Source of the DNA: the human T2T-CHM13v2.0 reference genome, Homo sapiens
Length of the DNA stretch: 64,000 nt
Reading direction: 5' to 3' (one strand)
Assembly (NCBI RefSeq): GCF_009914755.1
Contig: NC_060945.1
The notes under the pieces: generated by a model
What the model was told of the DNA's origin: nothing
Databases searched by the model: none
Seen by the model: only the letters and a program-made list of their open reading frames with translations
In this document: positions 1 to 14,134 of the stretch, in pieces
How positions within the stretch are numbered: position 1 is the stretch's first letter
Layout: every line of letters starts with the position of its first letter
Program-made: the position numbers and the translations under genes

Positions 1-302
1 TTCCATTAAAAGTATCTATGATATTTGGACAAAGAAATTGCTATCTTAACCTATTAGTGATTTTCTCAGTGAAATAAATTATTTTTGGCCAACTTGCTAA
101 AGTGAAATTTTTACTGGGGAAAGTATGACATATTTATTGAACAGCAAGAAATTCTGACCAGAATTCAGTGACCAAAGAAACACATATCAATGAGTAGGAT
201 AAGGAGAGATTATGGAGGCTTGCAAGAGGTATTCAAATTGGATTACGGGTGGAGGCTTAGTCAATTTTTAATATGAATGATATGGTAAAAACATTGTTTG
301 AG

Positions 303-683
<381 letters not shown>

Positions 684-807
684 CTAGGTTTCTGACATCC
701 AAGATTAGGTTATGTTCACCCAATCCATGCAAATATATGACTCTACTCCTTCACTCTAGCCAACAGGTTTAATCTTACTTTTTTCTTCTTTGTCTGCCTT
801 TGCGATT

Positions 808-940
808 AAACTGTAAACTTCACGGAGGCAGAAGCTCATTCTGTCTTATTTATTACCATAACCACTATGCATATTACCTGGCACATTGAGAAGTTGCTCA
901 ATACATAGCTTGAAATAAATGAACGAATAAGTGAATGAAG
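808..940 (+). mobile_element. L2 3' end fragment
   Basis: ctgtaaacttc...cctggcacat...gctcaata...aaatgaa(tgaa)n, the typical L2 terminus. Confidence 0.7.
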
Positions 941-2616
941 CTATTACACAATATAGACGATGAGATAATAAAGGTTTAAATTAAGATTATGGATACGAAA
1001 AGAGAGGAAGAAATATTGCAAACATTGAAAATTAGATTAGCATGATTTTATATAGAAGATGCAAGAGGGGCTGATACAAAGATATTAACAGTTTGCATCT
1101 GTACAGACCTTGATAATTTACATAGTATTTTCACAAATGACTTAACAATTTTGAACAACTTTGCCCCATGTTTTCCATCCGAAACAAACAAAATTATGTT
1201 GACGATATTGAGGAAATCCAAGACTTGAGCTGCAGGACCATTTGGAGGGATATGTTAAGTTCAGTTGTAGTCACACTGAATTTGAAAATAAGGCAGAATG
1301 TTGAAATGAAAATATCTAGTATTAAATTGAAAATATGGAACACTGACATGAAAGAACAGTTCTGGAGATACAAACTGATTGTCTTTCAGGGCTGAAAAAG
1401 CAAGGAGACACTTTCAACCAAAACCCAAGTCAGTTTAATAATATGTTTTCATTCTCCAATTTTAAAATTTTCACTTTAGGGTATCAATTGCATTTTTTAA
1501 TTTGTATATTCAAGTAAACTAAAAACTCCTATTAGCTTCAAGGCTAATACGTTTTCAACTTCAAAAAAAAAAAAAAAAGAAATGCGATACCAGAAAAAAT
1601 GGCTGATAGGAGGTAGGACTAAATTGCAGCTCCCACTCAGATGGACAGAGCAGCATATGGAGACCCACTTCATGAACTTTTGCTCCAAGAACTACTGAGG
1701 AACATAACAGGAAACCCAAGAGAATCCATAGACCCTTTGAAGGAGGTGGATGGCTATTGCAGGCTCTGTGAGACAGCTGAGGAACTGTGAGTTGGCTTGC
1801 TTTCTCAGCTGGGAGGCTTGTAGCCTTGAGTAAGTTCTCAGCCATGCTCGCCGGCTGCCTGGAAATAAATTCAATGCTATTGGCAGGGCACAGTGGGAGT
1901 GACACTGGCCTTTTGGGCTGTGGACTGCATGGGAGCTGGGTGAGGCCTGTGGCTGCCAGCTTTCCCCCACTTTAATGATGACCTGGGTGACTCAACAGGG
2001 GCAGCCATCATCCCCCGGGAAACATAATTCCATTGGCCTGAGAACCACACCCCCATCCCTCACAGCAGCCACAGCAAGCCCTGCCCAAGGAGAGTCTGAC
2101 CTCAGAAATGCCTAAACCTGCTCCCACCTGAACGTCCTCCCTACCCACTCTGGTCGTCAAAGACAAAGGACATAATCTCTTGGGAGCTCTATGGCCCCAC
2201 CCACCACCTGTTCCTTCCTCTACTACCACAGCTGATGCACTCTTGAAAGCACCATCTCCTGGCTGGAGGCCAACCAGCACACGTAACAAAAATACAACCA
2301 AGAACCCTCACAGAATCCACTTCACTCCCCTGCTACCTCCATGGGAGCAGAAGCTAGTATCCATGACTAGGAGACCTGAAGATGGGTCACATCACAGGAC
2401 TCTTTGCCAACACTCCCCAGTACCAGCTTGGAGCACAGTAGCTCTTCTGGGTGGTTAGATCCAAAAAAGAAACAACAATCACTGCAGTTCAGTTCTCAGG
2501 AAGCCCACCCCTAGGGGAAAGAGGAGAGCACCACATCAAGGGAGCACCCTGTGGGAAAAAGAAACTGAACAGCAGCCCTTGAGTCCCAGATCTTCACTCT
2601 GACATAGTCTACCCAA

Positions 2617-3600
2617 ATGAGAAGGAACCAGAAAAACGGTTCTGGTAACACAACAAAACAAGGTTATTTAACATCCCCAAAAGATCACACTAGCTCACCA
2701 GCAATGGATCTAAACCAAGAAGAAACCTCTGAATTGCCAGAAAAAAAAAAAAAAAACAACAGAAGGTTGACTATTAAGCCAATCAAGGAGGCACCAGAGA
2801 AAGGTGAAGTCCAACTTAAAGAAAAAAAAAAAAAAAGATATAGGATATGAATGGAAAAATCTCCAGTGAAACAGATAGCATAAATAAAAAACAATCACAC
2901 TTTCTGGAAATCAAGGACACACTTAGAGAAATGTAAAATGCACTGGAAAGTCTCAGCAATAGAATAGAACAAGGAGAAGAAAGAATTTCAGAGCTCAAAG
3001 ACAGGGCTTTTGAATTAACTCAATCTGACAAAGACAAAAAATTTTTTTAAAGAACAAAGCCTCCAAGAAGTTTCAGATTATGCTAAATGACCAAAACTAA
3101 GAATAATTGGTGTTCCTGAGGGAGAAGAGAAATCTGAAGGTGTGGAAAACATATTTGAGGGAATCATCCAGGAAAACTTCCCCAGCCTTACTGGCGATCT
3201 AGACATCCAAATACAAAAAGCTCAAAGAACACCTGGGAAATTCATCACAAAGAGACCATCACCTAGGCACATGGTCATCAGGTTATTTATAGTCACGACA
3301 AAGGAAAGAATCTTAAGAGCTGTGAGGCAAAAGCATCAGATAACCTATAAAGAAAACCCTGTCTGATTAACAGCAGATTTCACAGCAGAAACTACAGGTT
3401 AGAAGGGATTGGGGTTCTATTTTTAGCTTCCTTAAACAAAACAATTATTAGCCAAGAATTTTGTATCCAGAAAAACTAAATTTTGTAAATGAAGGACAGA
3501 TAGTCTTTTTCAGACAAACAAATGCTGAGAAAATTTCCCACTACCAAGCCAGCACTATAAGAACTGCTAAAAGGAGCTCTAAATCTTCAAACGAATCCTT
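2617..3600 (+). pseudogene. Decayed L1 ORF1p
   Basis: Fragments MRRNQKNGSGN and ENIFEGIIQENFPSL...PSPRHMVIR; multiple stops and frameshifts. Confidence 0.88.
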
Positions 3601-3698
3601 GACATACACCAAAATAGAACCTCCCAAAAGCAAAAATTTCACAGGACCTATAAAACAATACAATGAAAAAAAAATAAGATATTCAGGCAACAAATAAC

Positions 3699-6248
3699 AT
3701 GATAATTAGAATAGTATGTCACATCTTAATACTAATGTTGAATGTAAATGGCCTAAATGCTTCATTTAAAAGATGCAGAATGGCAGAATGGATAAGGATT
3801 CACCAACAAAGTGTCATCAAGAGACTCACCTGACACATAAGGACTCACACAAACTTAAGGTAAAGATATAGAAAAAAATATGCCATGCAAATGGACACCA
3901 AAAGAGAGCAGAAGTAGCTATTCTTGTATCAGGCGAAACAAACTTTAAAGCAACAGCAGTTAAAAAAGACAAAGAGAGACATTACGTAATGATAAACGGA
4001 CTAGTCCAACAGAAAAATATCACAATTCTAAATATATATGCACCTAACACTGGAGCTCCCAAAGTTATAAACAATTACTACTAGGCCTAAGAAATGAGAT
4101 AGGCAGCCACACAATAATAGTGTGGGAATTTAATACTCCACTGACAGCACTAGACAGGTCATCAAGATGGAAGTTCAAAAAAGAAACAATGAATTTAAAC
4201 TATACCCTACAACAAAAATGGACTTAACAGATATTTACAGAACATTCTACCCAACAACTGCAGAATTTACATTCTATCCATCAGCATATGGAACATTCCC
4301 CAAGATAGACCATATGATAGGCCACAAAACAAATCTCAACAAATTTAAGAAAATCAAAACTATAGCAAGTACTCTCTCAGACCAAAGTGGAATAAAATTG
4401 GAAATCAACTCCAAAAGGAACTCTCAAAATAATGCAAATACGTGGAAATTAAATAACTTGTTCCTGAATGATCATTGGGTCAATAATGAAATCAAGGTAG
4501 AATTTAAAATATTCTTTGAACTGAATGATAGTAGTGACATAACCTATCAAAACCTCTTGGATACTGCAACCGATATTACAACTGATACCACAGAAATACA
4601 AAAGATCATTCAAGGCTACTATGGACATCTTTACATGCATAAACTAGAAAACCTAGAGGAGATAGATAAATGCCTAGAAATATACAACCATGCAAGAGTA
4701 AACCAAAAATAAATAGACTCTGAACAGACCAACAACAAGCAGCAAGACTGAAACAGTAATTTAAAATTACCATTTTAAATGGGAGCAGCTCACACCTGTA
4801 ATCCCAGGAGCAGCTCACACCTGTAATCCCAGCACTTTGGGAGGCTGAGGCAGATGGATCACTTGAGGTCAGGAGTTCAAGACCAGCCTGGCCAACATGG
4901 CAAAACCTCATCTCTGCTAAAAATACAAAAATTAGCTGTGCATGGTGGTGGGCACCTGTAGTCCCAGCTACTCAGAATGCTGGGGAAGGGGAATCGCTTG
5001 AACCCAGGAGGGAAGCAGAGGTTGCAGTGAGTGAAGATCGTGCCACTGCACTCCAGTCTGGGAGACAGAGAGAGACACCATCTCAAAAAAAAAAAAAAAA
5101 AAAAAGTTACCAACAAAAAAATTTCAGGACAGACGAATTCACAGCTAAATTCTATCAGACATTCAATTCAAAGAAGAATTGGTACCAATCTTATTGACAC
5201 TATTCCAAAAGATAGTGATAGAGGGAATCCTCCCTAAATCATGCTATGAAGCCAGTAACACCCTAACACCAAAACCAGGAAAGGGCATAACAAGAAAAGG
5301 AAACTACAGACCAACATCCCTGATGAACATAGATGCAAAAATCCTCAAAAAAAAAAAAAAATCTAGCTAGCCAGATCCAACAGCATATCAAAAAGATAAT
5401 CCACCATGATCAAATGGGTTTCATAGCAGGAATGCAGGAATAGTTTAACATCTGCACGTCAATATATGCTATATACCACACAAACAGAATTTAAAACAAA
5501 AATCACATGATCATGTCAATAGATGCAAAAAAAAGCATTTGACAAAATCCAACATCCCTTTATGATTAAAACTTTCAGCAAGATCGGCATACAAGGGACA
5601 TACCTTAAGGTAATAAACACCATCTATGACAAACCCACAGCCAACATTACACTGAATGGGAAAAAGTTGAAAGCATTCTCCCTGAGAACTGGAACAAGGC
5701 AAGGATGCCCACTTTCACCACTTCTATTCAACACAGCACCAGAAGTCCTAGCCAGAGCAATCAGACAAGAGAAAGAAATAAAGGGCTTCCAAATAGGTGA
5801 AAAGGAAGTCAACCTGTCACTGTTTGCTGATGATGACTGTTTACCTACAAACCCCTAAAACCCCTCCAGAAAGCTCCCAGAACTAATAAAAGAATTCAGC
5901 AAAGTTTTCATATACAAAATTAAAGTATACAAATTAGTAGCTCTTCTATATGCCAACAGCAACCAAGCTGAGAATCAAATTAAGAACTCAACCCCTTTTA
6001 CAATAGCTGCAAAAATAAAAAATAAAATACTTGGTAATATACTTAATCAAGGAAGTGAAAGACGTCTACAGGGAAAACTACGAAACACTGATGAAAGACA
6101 TCATAGATGACACAAACATATAGAAACATATCCCATGCTCATAGATGGGTAGAATCAATATTGTGAAAATGACCATACTGCCAAAAGCAATCTACAAATT
6201 TAATGCAATTCAAATGCCCATCAATTAACAAGTGGATGAAGAAATGTG
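3699..6248 (+). pseudogene. Decayed L1 ORF2p (endonuclease/reverse transcriptase)
   Basis: [56 protein letters not shown]; interrupted by stops, deletions and an Alu. Confidence 0.92.
4782..5105 (+). mobile_element. Alu (AluS-type) inserted in L1PB ORF2, with aberrant duplicated 5' end
   Basis: Alu body and A-tail; TSD aaaattacca / aaagttacca; 25-bp tandem duplication at 4782-4831. Confidence 0.95.
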
Positions 6249-6340
6249 ATAGATACATAGATAGATAGAAAGATAGATAGATAGATAGATAGACAGATCT
6301 ACAGATAGATAGATACCTAAATATATATATATATTATATA
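6248..6340. repeat. (GATA)n/(TA)n microsatellite
   Basis: gatagatacatagatagatag... followed by (ta)n. Confidence 0.95.
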
Positions 6341-6790
6341 CAAAATGAGTGCAAGCTATGTGACTGTACATAATATGTATCTGTATGTATATATAGCACA
6401 GAAACCACAGAGTGGCTTGTATACTGGTGGACCTGAAGTGGTACACATGATCGGGGTGACTTCCAGCAAATTTTGACTCTAGAATCAAGAACTTCTATAT
6501 TTGCTGATACCTCCCTCCATAATGTAACTGTGACTGTACATAGCTTGCACTCATTTTAGCCAGCAGCAAAAAGCTTAGTCAAAATAAAGAAACTTTTCAA
6601 AGTTCAAAGAGAAAAATCAATTAAATAAAATAAAATAGGATACCATCAGAATTCCCACACTATAGATGGGGAAACCATTGTATAGAGAGATTAAATAACT
6701 TTTTCAAATTACCCACCAGCAAAAGTATTTGCCTTGTCTTCTCAGGATCCTCACTATTATGGTAGCCTTCTCTCCTTTCTTTCTGCATAT

Positions 6791-6792
<2 letters not shown>

Positions 6793-6822
<30 letters not shown>
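6793..6822. repeat. Poly(T) homopolymer, about 30 nt
   Basis: Direct reading. Confidence 0.95.
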
Positions 6823-6824
<2 letters not shown>

Positions 6825-8465
6825 CCTTAACCAAAACCAGGACCTATCTAACAATATAATTAATTCACTAAAAAGAGTCAGGCCAAGTCATTTAGCTTAA
6901 TGTGTCACATTTCCAAGATAGCATTTGTATTAAATAAAGACCTTAAGTGTTTTAAAAGAAAAAAAAAGAAATGGAGTTAAACATGTAAGAAATGTCCTCA
7001 AATCTAAGTTGCAGTACTCCTACACTGATGAAGCTTGCTGACTAGGACTTACATTTCCATTGTAAAGCATCATTATAAAAGTGCACTTTCTTCAGGGAAA
7101 AAGATACCCATGACTTTCTCCCACGGGTCAAGTGCAGTGCTATGTTTTCTTCACTGTGGGAATATTTTCTAGAAGCAGCAACAAACCAATGCCTGTCTCT
7201 TGCATACATATTATGAGGCCCTATTGCAGCAATGCATGTCAATTTGAATAAAGTTTATAATTCCTTTCCCTCTCTTTTCCTCCCCCATCTCCATCCAGGA
7301 ATTGAATTTACAATCATGGTGCAATATACAAAACTTTCTAACCATGGTAGGTAATTGAGTGAGAAAAGATGAATTACATATAGTTTACAAAATTAGAACT
7401 ACCTAAGATGTCTATTCTTTTCTGTGAACATATATATCCTTTACACTAGACTGATATTCTTATAATCTGGTGGGTTTTTTTTTAAGTTTCTATGGTACGG
7501 CTTTTAAATTTTTCTTCAACTCTTCACTATGGAGCATAATGTTAGTTAGGATTACTTTTGATAATTCACTCTACTGGTTTTCATACATTAAAAAAAAAAC
7601 ATATTGAAACCTGTCCATCAGACATTTTGCAATTTAACAAAACTTTGAAATAAAAAGCTTTCCAGAAGTTTTCAGAGTGAAAAATATGATCAAATAGTGT
7701 AAGCCAAAGCCAAGATTTCAACTTGAGACTTCGCCATTTTCTTGGACTCTACGGCTATTAAGAAAAACATGGTAGGCAATTTGTAAAACTAAATGACATT
7801 TTTTGGAAGAAAAAGTCCTTATATAAATTAGATTACAGTGACATTTTGCTGACATATGAACCACTAGAATATGGAATTTAATAGATGACATCTGATTCAA
7901 ATCCTATCCAAGAAGTGTGTTACCGGAAGTAGCACAAACGCCTCCACATGGCATATGGCACAGGCTCACCTAGAGAATTCGCTAACACAGCAGCCTCTAA
8001 GGACAGCACAAAAGTGGTTCTCTTTTTGAGTTTCAAAACCCTTCAGAGCATTGAGTGATATTTTTCAATCTTGTAAGCATTGCTTTTTCAGTGAGGCCTT
8101 TTCCCACTCTATATAAAATTCCATAACCCCTTCCTAATCTCTGAACGTTTCTCTGGAATGCATGGTTCAGAATGCCTCTTCTTGTCTACAGGGACAGAAT
8201 TTCTTAACTGCAAAGTAGGAATGTCCCAGCATGGTGAGATACAAGGGTGATATGGGTGGCTTCTCCCTTTCCTCATTTATTAATAAAACTGACTCTTATT
8301 TGTCTGCAAATAAGGGAAGAATTTAATTTCCCACTGCATTCAAATGATTCTTAGAAAGATCTGTAGTTCATGACCCTGAATGAAGCAGGAAGACGCAGGG
8401 AGTAAGATGCTGGAAGGAAGAAAGGAATAAGAAAGAAATACATTCTTCGGGGTTTTACTAGGGTC

Positions 8466-8598
8466 GTCTCTCTCTTTCCCATTTCCTTTCCTCCCTCCTT
8501 CCCCTTTTCCCCCTCCTCCTCTTCCTTCTCTTCCTTCTTCTTTTCCTCTCTCTGTCTCTCTGTCTCTGTCGCTGTCTCTCTCTCTCTCTCTCTTCCCC
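8466..8598. repeat. Polypyrimidine / (CT)n low-complexity tract
   Basis: Nearly pure C/T run ending in (tc)n. Confidence 0.9.
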
Positions 8599-9039
8599 AC
8601 AAACCCCCACCTCCGAGAATGATAATGAGATTAGACCACAGGACCAGCAGAGAGGAATGTTGAGTCACAGAGCTGGAGTCATAAGCACACCAGCATGAGG
8701 ACCAAAAAGTCAGGAATGAACTGAGCTTTCAGATTCTGCTCATTACAATAAATTCTTGCCAAAAAAATAAAAATAAAAAGTGTAGATTTTATTTCCCTTC
8801 TGGTTATTTCAAAACCAGGAGGAGGGGCACTTTTCTTTGGTCCCTTGTTTAAATCTTGTACTGGAAAACCCAAAGTGAAATCACTAGAACTACAGTCCAT
8901 ATGGTATGGAATGCCATGTTTGTCTGCCTTCCACAAGGCTAGAATTTTATTTGTTAATGCATTATAATTAGGTTCAAAATGGAAAGGCTTAACGATTGCT
9001 TTCATATTTTTAATGCTAGATGTTATACAGGAACTAGTG

Positions 9040-9600
9040 CAGTGATCTCCAGAGTGGGGTAGATAAATCACAGGAAGTCTAAGATAGCCCACTGAGGTAT
9101 GAAAACAAGTCAAAAGTTATGCTGATTTTTATAACAAGAAGAAAAAAATAATCATAACTAATATTTAAAGTACAAATAATGGCATCTTCACTAGGTCCAT
9201 ATATCAAGTGCCACTCATCATGTTTAGTACATGGGCTCTCCAGAGGGAACATTTTGTAATAAACAGGGGTTGACAGTGGAAGCTTCAGTCACTGATCACT
9301 TTCAGCTTGCAGATCAAATTGTCTAGACATAATTTCTCTAATCCTCAAAAAGTAGCTTTAAAAGATTTTTCAAGGCTGAAGATAGTGCTAATAATATAAG
9401 CAACAAGGAAATGTAGAACTAACTCTTCTGCTTTGGGGAGAGGTTCTTCGCTAATCACATCATGAGATTTTGAAAAACAATGGCAATTTTCATCAGATAT
9501 GACAAGACTTGCCATTGAAACAATAAAAAAATTATTGGAAATATGGACTTATATCCAGCAGTATTGAGAATGAACCGTGCCTAAAATGTATGAGCTAAAG
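9040..9600 (+). mobile_element. Probable hAT-Charlie DNA transposon fossil
   Basis: cagtgatctcca TIR-like start; aattattggaaatatggactt translates to NYWKYGL, resembling the YLKYGF motif at the N-terminus of Charlie/Buster transposases. Confidence 0.4.
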
Positions 9601-10064
9601 ATAATTTTTAAAAATTAGTCTTGTTTGAAAAGTTATGAATTTTTATGTAAAGTCTTATTCTAATAAAATATTAGATTTTTAAGAAACTGTAGTTTTTTTA
9701 AATTCTATTACCTGCAAAATTCTCTCTAAAACTTCCCTGACACATGAAAAATTCCTGTGCTGAAATGCTAGCCTACGCCATTGTAGGAAAGCTCAAAATT
9801 ATCAGAAAATTCTTCTTTTAACAAGTTGGATACTGTGTTCTTGTAATTTGTTTTTCTATTTCCTAGTCATTTAAATATTTTCCAGATTGAATATTGCCAG
9901 TTCCTATCCTACAAGTACCATTTGTATACCCTTTGCTATTCTAGTTTCTCATTTGTGGATGGATTCCAGTTTCTCTCTCTCCAACTCAAAAAACTCAACA
10001 CATCACTCAGGATTGGATCTAACCATCGTGGCAGGCAATCAAATAATTGTCATTCTTGCTCAGT

Positions 10065-10575
10065 TACTTCACTAATATTAAATAAGAAACCATCAGGTAC
10101 CAAGCACTTTTTAAGGCACTGAGGCACAGTGATACAAAGTATATAAAGTCTTGCTATGATAGAGCTTAGGCTCCAGTGAGCTGGCCACAGACAATTAGTT
10201 GGTAAGGGAAAAAAATAAATAAATAAACAAGAAAAATAAGACTTAGACATAGAAGCCAGACAGTGAAGTACAACAAGGCAATAGGTCAGAGAGCGACTTG
10301 GTGGCTAATTTGAATTGGGTGGTCTGGAATAGCCTTGCTGAGGAAGGTTACATGTATATGAAGATCTAGAAGAACCTTCCACACAGAGGCACAGCCAATG
10401 CCAAGGCCCTAAGATGGGAAGCAGTTTAGCATTGAGAAACTGAAGCACATCTGGCAGGGCTGGAGTAGAGGGAGGCAGGGAGAACAGTGCAAAATGAGAC
10501 TGGAGATGCAAACAAGGACCAAATAATGAAAGACCTTGCATGACATGCTAAGATTATGTTATTTTGTGCTGATTT
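10065..10575 (-). mobile_element. L2 fragment
   Basis: Antisense L2 signatures (gccaaggccctaagatggga...tgagaaactgaag...ggctggagtagag). Confidence 0.7.
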
Positions 10576-10964
10576 CATACTGAAGTCCCTTAATGGTGTC
10601 AGTATCAAATCTCTCACTGCTTCCCTTTCACACCTCATAAGTACTTACTGCTAATCAGCCAACCATTGCTGTAAGCTCTCAGACTGCCACCTCTAGTCAC
10701 AATACTATGAGTTCTCTCAGCTCTACAAAGCATTGGCCATTGCCGCATGGAGAGATGCATATAAAAGTTGTCTCTTCACAATCCAAACAATCTGCTGATT
10801 CTTCCTACCTTAGCAGCTCATGATATGGCACTTTGTGTTCAGTGCCTGGACAAAATAATATTTCTAAAGGTCATAAATTAAAATTGTAAGCTATTCCTGG
10901 AAACAGCAAAATAAGAATGCTTGATTCATCTCTAATATTATGGTACTTGGTATTCTTGACTGCC

Positions 10965-11260
10965 TTTTTTTTTTTTTTAAGACAGAGTCTCATTCCCGTC
11001 ACCCAGGCTGGAGTGCAGTGGCATGATCATGGCTTACTGCAGCCTCGACTTCCTAGGCTCAGGTGGCCTCCCACCATACCCTCCTGAGTAGCTGGGACTA
11101 CAGGCATATGCCATCAAGCCTGGCTAATTTTTGTACTGTTTGTAAAGATGGAGTTTCACTATGTTGCCCAGGCTGGTCTCAAACCCCTGGGCACAAGTGA
11201 TCCTCTTACCTCAAACTCCCAAAGGGCTGAGGTTACAGGTGTGAGCCACCACGCCCAGCC
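10965..11260 (-). mobile_element. Alu (AluJ-type)
   Basis: Poly(T) followed by antisense Alu with J diagnostics (actgcagcctcgac, actatgttgcccagg). Confidence 0.95.
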
Positions 11261-12058
11261 TTGGCTGTTTTAAAGATTAAAAGAATAACAAGACAAACAG
11301 AATCAAGAGCTATCAAAATTAGGATAAGAATTTAAAATTAATAATATGAGTGGTACAATAAGCATATTTAAATTACTTCTCCTTGAAATGCGACTTAAGA
11401 ATTTCAAATCCCTCATAGCTTCTTCCTCTGTGACCTTACTTTTCAAAGTAAAATGTTCAGGTTTTCATGACTTACAACTGTATATTCACAAAAACAAATA
11501 TGTTTTTTGCTTGAACTTACAAAAGGAATTTTCTGGCCTATTTTCTTGTAATTACCATGCACTTAATCTTTGATTAATGGCTCATATGTTGACACATAGT
11601 TCATAGTTTATTTTACACTTCTAAATCATTCTCTACTATAAATAAAAGATTTGTGTCAAAACTACACTTGGAAATTTTATTTTGAATTGATTATTAAAGC
11701 AAAGCTAAGTCCACTAGTAAAATATTGTTGAATCACAGGTGAACCTCATTTAACTGTATATTTTGGATTGATCTCCTTCTTCTTAAAAATTACCATGTAA
11801 ATTGATATCGTTGAAAAACAATTAGAAACAGATTTATAATCTGTCAATGATCCTATACAACACTCTCCTATAACTCATCCTTGCACACATGAACACATAT
11901 CCTAAGGTACTTTTACTTTTTGACAGTACATTGGCACACAGCTCGCTCAATACTAATGATCACTTTTTACACTTATTAGTGTGACTGTGGAAAATTAACA
12001 TTCAAGTTTATATGTAATAATAAACTAACTTTTGATGGAGTATTCCATGTACATTGGT

Positions 12059-12444
12059 CGTTATGAACTGAATTGTGTCTACTAAAAAAATTCATGTAAA
12101 GTCCAACCCCTGGTACCTCACCGTATGACTGTATTTGGAGAGAGGGTCTTTACAAAAGCTATGAAGTTAAAATTAGGTCACTAGGGTAGGCCTTAACTTA
12201 ATATGATTGGTGTACTTATAAGAAAAGGAAGTTTAGACACTGACATGTACAGAGGGAAGATAATATGAAGACACAGGGAGAAGACGGCCATCTACATGCC
12301 AAGGAGAGAAGCCTGGAGTGGATTCTTCCCTCGCAGCCCTCAGAAGGAAACAATCTTGTCAATATCTGGATTTTGAACTCCTAGCATTCAGAGCTTGGAG
12401 ACGATACATGACTATTGTTACAGCAACCCTAGCAAACTAATACA
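12059..12444 (+). mobile_element. MLT1 (MLT1B/C-like) MaLR solo LTR
   Basis: gttatgaactgaattgtgtc ... cagccctcagaagga ... cctagcaaactaataca. Confidence 0.85.
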
Positions 12445-13205
12445 CTGGCTTATAACAAAGAGTCTGCAAAAATTAGAGACAGCTCATATAATTTTGTGCC
12501 TTATGAGAAGTTATTTTCTGGCAATATATCTTTAAGAGAACATGAAGTAAATACCATAAGGTGACATAAAGGCTTTGAAATAACAAATTAAAGCCAAAGC
12601 AAATTTACTGCCTTTTTGTAAATGGGATTTACTTTCACCAAATCTCATGGTCCTATAAAAGATGACATTTGTGAAGCATTCATTTTACCACCCATTGGCA
12701 CTTCTCACAAAGATACTAAAATAAACTGGTAAAACAGCTCTTAGTCTTTTCTAGGCATTGGCTACCATTAAAATCTTCATTTTATTTCTGCTCTTCTTTA
12801 ACATACCTTCTTTTAGAGTCCTTTAAAAAAATTGTTTGGAGAGACTGCATTTTTGTTACAAAAGGACTGAATAGAAGAACTATTGATTCAGTGCTTTCCT
12901 TTCTTCTCCACTGTCAACAATAATTGATGTTCCTATTGAAGTGATATGGTTTCAATTTGGGTTTGGGTTGCTAAGGACTAAGGATAGCATGCAAATCAAT
13001 AGAAGATTAAGGAACTATTGTTCCCACAAACCATAATCTGAGATAAACACCACATGACTTCGTAAATCTAAGGAAATGTCTCTTAAAACTCTAATGCCAG
13101 GAGATTTTGGGCTGACATGATGGGATTTTCTAAATATACAATCATGTCATCTGCAAACAGAAACAATTTGACTTCCACTCATGCTATTTGAATACCCTTT
13201 ATTTA

Positions 13206-13450
<245 letters not shown>

Positions 13451-13715
13451 TCACAAAATGAGTTAGGGAGGAGTCCCGCTTTTTCTATTTTTTGGAATAG
13501 TTTAAGAAGGAATGGTACTAGCTCCTCTTTGGACCTCTGGTAGAATTTGGCTGTGAATCCGTCTGGTCCTGGGCTTTTTTTGGTTGGTAGGCTATTAATT
13601 ACTGCCTCAATTTTAGAACTTGTTATTGGTCTATTCAGGGATTTGACTTCTTCCTGGTTTAGTCTTGGAGGGTGTATGTGTCCAGGAATTTATCCATTTC
13701 CTCTAGATTTTCTAG

Positions 13716-14134
<419 letters not shown>

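Larger units (their letters stand above)
1590..6250 (+). mobile_element. L1PB-type LINE-1 (L1PBa-like 5'UTR, ORF1, ORF2) with two internal deletions and no 3'UTR/poly(A)
   Basis: 5'UTR atggctgataggag...ttgcagctcccactc; ORF1 begins MRRNQKN at 2617; ORF2 endonuclease (LNVNGLN near 3738) and RT motifs ([17 protein letters not shown]). Confidence 0.93.

Noticed and set aside
8340-8668. Charged low-complexity ORFs (also 45453-45728)
   Set aside because: These are translations of CT-rich microsatellites.
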